DNA from: a virus
Taxonomy: Duplodnaviria; Caudoviricetes
Direction: 5' to 3' (one strand)
DNA: 30,270 nt
IMG/VR virus record: IMGVR_UViG_3300033067_000104
Span: 1 to 30,270 of that record
A program made the translations under genes and the position numbers. Under the pieces are notes generated by a model. That model saw nothing but the letters and a program-made list of their open reading frames with translations. It did no database searches and was not told the origin of the DNA. Within the stretch, counting starts at the first letter, position 1, and every line of letters starts with the position of its first letter. Of the stretch, positions 1-5,382 are shown piece by piece.

Positions 1-486
1 TGGAGTCCTCAAAATCTCATCTTGCGGTAATTTTAGACTTTCCCCAACGCTTGAGAGCGTGAACTCCAGATGCTTCAAATGGAAACGGTCTTCCCAACCG
101 AGATACCAGTGCCAATCTGTGTAGTACAGCCATGACTTCTCGTTGAAGGCTCGTACATGGGTGGGGTCTTGCCAAGCTCCATAAGACAGGTCGTAAGGCA
201 CGTTGATGCGCATCTCGCCCCCTTCCTTCAACAAGTCCTTGCAGTTGGTCATAGTCTTGACCAGATCAGGTACGTGTTCCAGCACATCGTTGGCCAAGAT
301 AACGTCAAACATCTCATGCTTCACACGGAAGTCGCCTTTGCGCGTAACCAGCAAAGAACCCCAGTGGACATCTTGAATGTCTAAACACCAATCAGATTTA
401 ATTCGGCGCTGAATGTCTGCGTTGATGCAGTCCTCACGCCAATCCTTGCCAGAGCCTAAATTAAGAACCAAAGAATTGTTCGACAT
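1..486 (-). CDS. Class I SAM-dependent methyltransferase (Methyltransf_11-like); 3' end lies outside the window
   Basis: Not in the ORF track. Manual translation from ATG at 486 gives MSNNSLVLNLGSGKDWREDCINADIQ...FDVILANDVLEHVPDL...GGEMRINVP...AWQDPTHVRAF, open to the window edge. It has the LNLGSG SAM motif I and the LEHV and DPTH motifs, and overlaps the stop of the upstream GT gene. Confidence 0.85.
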   Translation of the reverse strand, partial: MSNNSLVLNLGSGKDWREDCINADIQRRIKSDWCLDIQDVHWGSLLVTRKGDFRVKHEMFDVILANDVLEHVPDLVKTMTNCKDLLKEGGEMRINVPYDLSYGAWQDPTHVRAFNEKSWLYYTDWHWYLGWEDRFHLKHLEFTLSSVGESLKLPQDEILRTP

Positions 487-1159
487 ACTGTGGACGGTTT
501 TCCTGTATCCAAGGCAGAGCCTCAAGGACTAATTCTTTAGCGTCAAGGCCAACTGTTTGGCTCCCAACGTGGTGGACGTACGAAGTTGAAACGTAATGCG
601 AGTAACCCTTGGCCGACATATCCAAGCAGGACACATCGTCTGAGTACCAGTTCAAAGGCCCAAAGCGTCCGTGGTTCCATGCCTCACGCGAGACATACGC
701 AAAGATCGGGCTGACGACATCGGTGGGGAAGATGTAGTTCTCGGCGTGGAACTTCATCATGTCTATTTTCTCGTTTTCCCGATTGAACCTGATGTTCTGC
801 ACAGCACGAGAAGCATCGCAACGAGCAGCAACCCAACCAACCGAAGGCTCCAACTCACGAATCGTAGCAACGTCTTCAAGTAGTCTGGCATAGCTGGTGG
901 GGGTCAAAACAACGTCATCATTGCAGACGATGCAAGCTGTGTGGTACTTCAAAGCGTCATCAATGATGTCGTTGTAGTCCTCACCGAAGTTTCGAGGCTC
1001 ACCCACCATGATTCGAGCATTAGCTAAATACTCAGCCTTGCGAATCACTGACTCGGGGCCACGAAGATAAACATACGCCTCTGGCGCGTATTGCTTAATG
1101 GATTCAAGCAGTACAGGCAACCCTTTGCCGTGTACTGTGGAGATGCAGATTGGAATCAC
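461..1159 (-). CDS. GT-A fold glycosyltransferase (family 2-like)
   Basis: N-terminal beta strand followed by LLESI, FGEDYN, a DxD-like CNDDVVL, WYSDD and a C-terminal YVHHVGSQT, all typical of GT2 enzymes. Confidence 0.75.
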   Translation of the reverse strand: MIPICISTVHGKGLPVLLESIKQYAPEAYVYLRGPESVIRKAEYLANARIMVGEPRNFGEDYNDIIDDALKYHTACIVCNDDVVLTPTSYARLLEDVATIRELEPSVGWVAARCDASRAVQNIRFNRENEKIDMMKFHAENYIFPTDVVSPIFAYVSREAWNHGRFGPLNWYSDDVSCLDMSAKGYSHYVSTSYVHHVGSQTVGLDAKELVLEALPWIQENRPQYVEQFFGS

Positions 1160-1449
1160 TTTTTTGCCTTGTTACGCGCTGAGATCGCCTTGGCCTTGGC
1201 TTTGGCATCAGCCTTGGAGCTTGCGCCCCAAGCGTTAAGACTGAGCAAGAGACGAGTCTTCTCACCATCCTTGTACTCAGGTCCAGCCGCATTACCCATA
1301 CGAGCCAAGAAGCTGGCTCGGCGTGGGTTATCGCCTGACTTGACGGGGGGCTTCAAGTTCATGCCTTCAGCTTTGGCTGATGCACGACCCTTGGCATTTA
1401 AGCCACCAGAGGCAGACTTGCCTTCTTTACGTTGCCAAGCCGCAGTCAT
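1156..1449 (-). CDS. Small basic phage protein (DUF6321-like)
   Basis: AWQRKEGK..GGLNAKGRAS..NLKPP..RRASFLARM pattern; Lys/Ala rich; ATGA overlaps on both sides. Confidence 0.75.
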   Translation of the reverse strand: MTAAWQRKEGKSASGGLNAKGRASAKAEGMNLKPPVKSGDNPRRASFLARMGNAAGPEYKDGEKTRLLLSLNAWGASSKADAKAKAKAISARNKAKK

Positions 1450-1604
1450 TTTTTAGCCTTCGGCTTCTTGGCAGTCTTAGCCGCCAACTTAAAGTCAGCA
1501 GCGGACGGTGCAGCCTTGGAGCCGACCTTGTTCATTTTCTCGCCAGAGCCAGCAGCGATGCGTTTTTGCTTGGCGTTAATGTTGCTGTAAAGACCTTGCT
1601 TCAT
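1446..1604 (-). CDS. Small basic protein, 52 aa (MKQGLYSNINAKQKRIAAGSGEKMNKVGSKAAPSAADFKLAAKTAKKPKAKK)
   Basis: Below the ORF-track cutoff. Fills the gap exactly, with ATGA overlaps at 1601-1604 and 1446-1449. Confidence 0.8.
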   Translation of the reverse strand: MKQGLYSNINAKQKRIAAGSGEKMNKVGSKAAPSAADFKLAAKTAKKPKAKK

Positions 1605-1789
1605 TTCTTTGCCTTGTTCTTTGCTGTACGTTGGCCACGCATTGGCATCTTGGCTTCAGACATTGCAATCGCAATGGCTTGCTTAGGGTTCTTTACAACC
1701 TTGCCACCAGCGCCTGAGTGCAAAGTGCCTGACTTAAATTCCTTCATAACAGAACCGATTTTCTTTTGAGCTTTTGTCATCTTCATCAT
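1601..1789 (-). CDS. Small basic phage protein (DUF6496-like)
   Basis: KIGSVMKEFKSGTLHSG...KQAIAIAMSEA pattern; AGGGG RBS upstream. Confidence 0.75.
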   Translation of the reverse strand: MMKMTKAQKKIGSVMKEFKSGTLHSGAGGKVVKNPKQAIAIAMSEAKMPMRGQRTAKNKAKK

Positions 1790-1952
1790 TTACCCCTTTA
1801 AAAATATGGTCGGATTTACCAAAGTATTCTGCTTGTCATTCGTTGCTTGCGGCAATAAGTCAAGCGAGTCATCAGGTCTATTGGTTCAACTCGTTTTTTC
1901 CGATGCTGTTTCAGCTTCCGAGATTAGGCGGGAGCTACCCGCCACCATTAGA

Positions 1953-3455
1953 TTATGCAACCCGCGACACATTACGGCGCAAGGGTTTAGACCATTGCTG
2001 CGCAGTGTTAGCCCCGAACATACCAATCGCGGCATCGGTAGCAAACGTCAGGACAAGTGAGTCAGCTTTATCAGGTGAGCGCAACCCGCGCTTACGAATG
2101 TCATCCTTGGATTCGATTTGAATCTTGCCGTTGGACGTGAAGAAGTAGCGCACAGTAGCCAACTCAGCCACAAGCTCCTCGTCTGACTGGATACGGCAAT
2201 CACGAGCCTCAAACCACGCCTTGGTCTTGTACCAAAGCTCGGCGCGTAGGTTCTTGTAAGTCTGTCCCATTGCGGGACTCTCGCTCACGTTAATCCCACG
2301 AACAGGCAAGCCCAACTCACGCAGACGGTCAACCACACCAGCACCAAGACCAATCGAGTCCACCAAGATTTCATGTGGGCGTTGGCTAGATGGCAGGGCT
2401 TCCCACTCAGCAACCACTGCACCCGTCAGTTGCATCAAATCCAAGTTCTTCCAAGTCTTGATTGGCTCCACCAGTGCGTTACCTTGGCGTTTGGCAAGTG
2501 CGGACCTATCGCCACCAAAGCGAGCAACGTCCAAGCCCCATATCAGCTTTGCGTGTTGGCTGGCCTCTACGTCTCGGTGCTTGGCAAGTTCCAGCAGCTC
2601 CATTGGAATTACGGTGTCGTCATCACTTCGTGGGAATTCACCAAGTACGCGAATCCGATATGCGTTGGATTCCTCACCGTAGCGAGCCTTCATCTCCTCA
2701 ACGTAGGCTTCTGAGACTCGTGGTGAGTCCACGCAGGACACCTTCATCGTCACCCAATCGCCTGACAGACGGTTATGGGTGTCGTAGAAGAAGCCTGAAC
2801 TTCGCACAGGGTTGCCCAAAAGCAATGTCACAGCGTTGTGGCCAGACATTGAGCCAGCAGCAGCCTCGAAAACCTGTTCGGGAATACCCGAAGCCTCATC
2901 GCCAATCAGCATCACGTTCTCGCTGTGGACACCTTGCAGGGCTTCTGGTTGCTCGGCGCGAGATGTTCTTGCGGACACGAAGGCTTCGGTCTGGGCTTCT
3001 TTGACCTCAATACGGTCTTGCTTGACTTCAAGCATATCTCTAAGAGTCGGTGGTAACTCCTTGACCCAACGCTTCAATTCCGCGAAAAGAGCGTCATACA
3101 ACTGGCTGGATGTGGGGGCTGTGACCACGACCTTGACGGGATACCGTAAAAGTAAATACCAGATGATTGCCCACGAAGCGCCAGTTGACTTACCAACACC
3201 GTGGCCACTACGCACTGAGATTCTTCGTTCACCCTTGGCGATGTGGTTGAGCATTGTCTCTTGCCAAGCATCAGGTGTGGTGTTCAACACTTCCTTTACA
3301 AACAACACAGGGTTGTTGCGGTAGCGAGCCGTGAAAGCCACGAAAGGGTTTGCTGCGATCTTCTCCTCTTGCTTCTTGATCGCGTTGTCCACCAGCTCTT
3401 GCGTGTCTGGGTGCAGCTTCTTCTTTGGTTCTTTTGGTGTTGATTCTTTAGTCAT
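1953..3455 (-). CDS. terL: Terminase large subunit
   Basis: 500 aa. Walker A SGHGVGKS, Walker B LIGDEASG, coupling motif GNP, and nuclease acidic motifs GLDVARFGGD and SPDKADS. Confidence 0.96.
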   Translation of the reverse strand: MTKESTPKEPKKKLHPDTQELVDNAIKKQEEKIAANPFVAFTARYRNNPVLFVKEVLNTTPDAWQETMLNHIAKGERRISVRSGHGVGKSTGASWAIIWYLLLRYPVKVVVTAPTSSQLYDALFAELKRWVKELPPTLRDMLEVKQDRIEVKEAQTEAFVSARTSRAEQPEALQGVHSENVMLIGDEASGIPEQVFEAAAGSMSGHNAVTLLLGNPVRSSGFFYDTHNRLSGDWVTMKVSCVDSPRVSEAYVEEMKARYGEESNAYRIRVLGEFPRSDDDTVIPMELLELAKHRDVEASQHAKLIWGLDVARFGGDRSALAKRQGNALVEPIKTWKNLDLMQLTGAVVAEWEALPSSQRPHEILVDSIGLGAGVVDRLRELGLPVRGINVSESPAMGQTYKNLRAELWYKTKAWFEARDCRIQSDEELVAELATVRYFFTSNGKIQIESKDDIRKRGLRSPDKADSLVLTFATDAAIGMFGANTAQQWSKPLRRNVSRVA

Positions 3456-3483
3456 GTGGGGATTGTGCCACTAAAGAAAGAAG

Positions 3484-3713
3484 GTGTTGGTGTCAGGTCG
3501 TGAACCCTGTATTCTTGATAGGCACATTCCTACCCATATCCGCCGCGAACCCGCAACGTCTTCTCCACCAACACGACTGAGGACTGTTTAGGGTAGCTAC
3601 TCCCATGCTCTCATCGGGTTTAAGGACTTGTAGCTGGCTGGCTTGCAAGACACCAAACTCTCAGAGGCCCAATGACCGATTTTATGAACCAGTCCTCATG
3701 CGTCTTGATGTTG
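3484..3713 (-). ncRNA. Candidate structured non-coding RNA with two large stem-closed domains
   Basis: Inverted repeats at 3566-3586/3690-3710 (17 of 21 match) and 3484-3492/3566-3574 (9 of 9). Extended -10 TGcTACACT at 3728-3720 on the minus strand. No credible ORF. Confidence 0.55.
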
Positions 3714-3929
3714 TAGTCAAGTGTAGCAGAGTTTTATTTTTTAAATTTTTTAGGGCATTACTTTAATAAGGGAGTGGTAGGGGGTGCGTTATTAAATTTT
3801 TTTTGGGTAGGTGTGGGCTTGCGTCTGTACAGCCACCCCCGCCACACGCCCCTACGGGGGGGGGGTCAGAGGCGGGACGGCTGGCACAGTCCTTGCCTAG
3901 ATGCAGAGTGAATACTAAAGAGTGTACGT

Positions 3930-3957
3930 ACTTTATACAATGTCCATTATGTAAAGT
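3930..3957 (+). other. dif-like XerC/XerD recombination site
   Basis: ACTTTATACAA-TGTCCA-TTATGTAAAGT has 11-6-11 geometry. The right arm resembles the XerD arm TTATGTTAAAT, and the arms are 9/11 inverted repeats. Confidence 0.7.
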
Positions 3958-3967
3958 TATTCCAGCG

Positions 3968-4065
3968 TTACCCACAGCATATACATGGATTGTGTAGCGT
4001 ATGCGCAACAAACCAAGACGACTGTGGATAACTTGAACAACTTAGCTGCTTTGGTCTGTGGATAT
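3968..4065. promoter_or_regulatory. Cluster of DnaA-box-like 9-mers
   Basis: TTACCCACA at 3968-3976 (1 mismatch), TGTGGATAA at 4023-4031 (perfect TTATCCACA on the minus strand) and TGTGGATAT at 4057-4065 (1 mismatch). Confidence 0.55.
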
Positions 4066-4476
4066 GTCAGCCTCGATCACTTCACCATGACGAAGTGCAT
4101 CAAGCCGCAAGTTAGCCAGATTGACCGTAACGCTTGGCATCTTGTTCTGTGCGTACGCAGCAGGATTCCAGCGTTCAGCAACCCACTGGCGCGTTTGCAC
4201 CCTTAAACGAGCCTTATTTACTTCACTTATATCGGTTTCGTCAGCAATTTCTATCGTTTCCGACACCAAATGGTCAGCCGCTCGTGCGCGCGCGTGCGTG
4301 AGGAAGGATTCCTGTTCGGGACGGTCAAGCCATTCGTGCAAGGCTCGCTTACTCACGCCAAGCTGCATACATATCCGAGCCTCGGACATCCCAGCCTCAA
4401 ACATCGTCCGAAGCTGATCTTTCGGCAACGTGTCCAACATTGCCATGTCGTGATGCTTCTTTTTGTTACCAGCCAT
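4042..4476 (-). CDS. terS: Terminase small subunit (Sf6 gp1-like)
   Basis: N-terminal HTH (GMSEARICMQLGVSKRALHEW), then ARARAAD...IEIAD and KARLRVQTRQW motifs. Upstream of terL, with a GGAG RBS. Confidence 0.85.
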   Translation of the reverse strand: MAGNKKKHHDMAMLDTLPKDQLRTMFEAGMSEARICMQLGVSKRALHEWLDRPEQESFLTHARARAADHLVSETIEIADETDISEVNKARLRVQTRQWVAERWNPAAYAQNKMPSVTVNLANLRLDALRHGEVIEADISTDQSS

Positions 4477-4544
4477 TTAAACGCTCTCCAATCAATTATT
4501 TAGTTAAACATATGGCTAGGTATCAACCAGCCATTTAAATCGCT

Positions 4545-5222
4545 TTAAAGCACCTTCTGACGCTTCGTAGACCCATACGCAGCAGTGTCGAACACCTTAG
4601 CCATGCGTGAACCCTCTAAAACGCCATCATCACCTTGAAAGTCATCCAATCCAGACTTGCCACCTTCAGGGAACTTTGTCGGTGGTTTGTCCAGCCTAAC
4701 CATCTGAGCTTGTGGATACTGACGCTTCAAAGCCATAGTTTCCTTGACCACCTCAGCGTTCATCACGAGTTCCAGTTCTTCCATGCACCAGATGTGTCTA
4801 CGGTCATCATGCCCCATCATCTGGTCAAAGAGCATCGCATCCTCATAAGTCTCCACGACCACCATGATTGAGCCGTCAGCCATCAGATGCTGGCAATGCT
4901 TAATACGCGGAGACTGGCTAACGCCATGCTCCACAGCCCACGCATCCAGCGCCGCATAAGCCTTCTTCATCCCGTCCACTGCCTTTGCCAACCTGACTTC
5001 ATCACGCTGCTTCTGCGCCAAGAAGATTCTTTCGTTCTGTTGCCAGACCTTGGTACGGAACTCACTATCCACCAAACCAATAATCCTTTCAACTCCCCAC
5101 TTCTGCTCATGCTGTTGTTTGACGTTAATCAGCTCAATCAACTTGCTTCGCATAAACAACTCAAAAGGGTCCGAAGGAATACTCGGTTGCTCCACCTTCT
5201 TTTTTATGTTCCTAGTCGCCAC
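4545..5222 (-). CDS. Hypothetical protein (225 aa) between the primase-helicase and terS
   Basis: Long ORF in operon orientation with TAAGGAG upstream of a GTG start; no motif recognised. Confidence 0.8.
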   Translation of the reverse strand: MATRNIKKKVEQPSIPSDPFELFMRSKLIELINVKQQHEQKWGVERIIGLVDSEFRTKVWQQNERIFLAQKQRDEVRLAKAVDGMKKAYAALDAWAVEHGVSQSPRIKHCQHLMADGSIMVVVETYEDAMLFDQMMGHDDRRHIWCMEELELVMNAEVVKETMALKRQYPQAQMVRLDKPPTKFPEGGKSGLDDFQGDDGVLEGSRMAKVFDTAAYGSTKRQKVL

Positions 5223-5274
5223 TTTTCTCTCCTTACATTTTTCTTACAAATAATCCACGTTTGGGTCGCCGTCT

Positions 5275-5381
5275 CGTCCACATATGGGTGTGTCTTATAG
5301 ACCCACACCCCATATGTAGACGCTTAGACGGTCTACAAATGGCGTCTACATATGTAGACATATGTAGACCATATGTAGACG
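5275..5381. repeat. Direct/inverted repeat cluster (CATATGTAGAC), putative replication origin
   Basis: Direct copies at 5311, 5349, 5359 and 5370; inverted copies at 5344, 5331 (1 mismatch) and 5276 (1 mismatch); perfect 16-bp palindrome at 5344-5359. Lies directly after the helicase stop codon. Confidence 0.75.
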
Positions 5382-5382
5382 C

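Noticed and set aside
1830-1880. CUGAUGA on the minus strand suggesting a hammerhead ribozyme
   Set aside because: The required GAAA after stem II is missing (CGAAU instead), and I could not build stems I and III.
3484-3574. Canonical tRNA gene
   Set aside because: A T-arm-like hairpin and closing stem exist, but there are no proper D and anticodon arms. Kept only as part of the unknown ncRNA.
1933-3598. 8-nt complementarity (AGCUACCC/GGGUAGCU) between the candidate ncRNA and the hairpin after terL
   Set aside because: A single 8-mer match between regions of this size is expected by chance.
3763-4011. ORF-track ORFs in the terS-terL gap (82 aa minus strand, 64 aa plus strand)
   Set aside because: They translate homopolymer runs, lack RBSs, and overlap the dif-like and DnaA-like sites.
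4279-4300. GC dinucleotide run (GTGCGCGCGCGTGCG)
   Set aside because: Explained by the HARARA codons of TerS.
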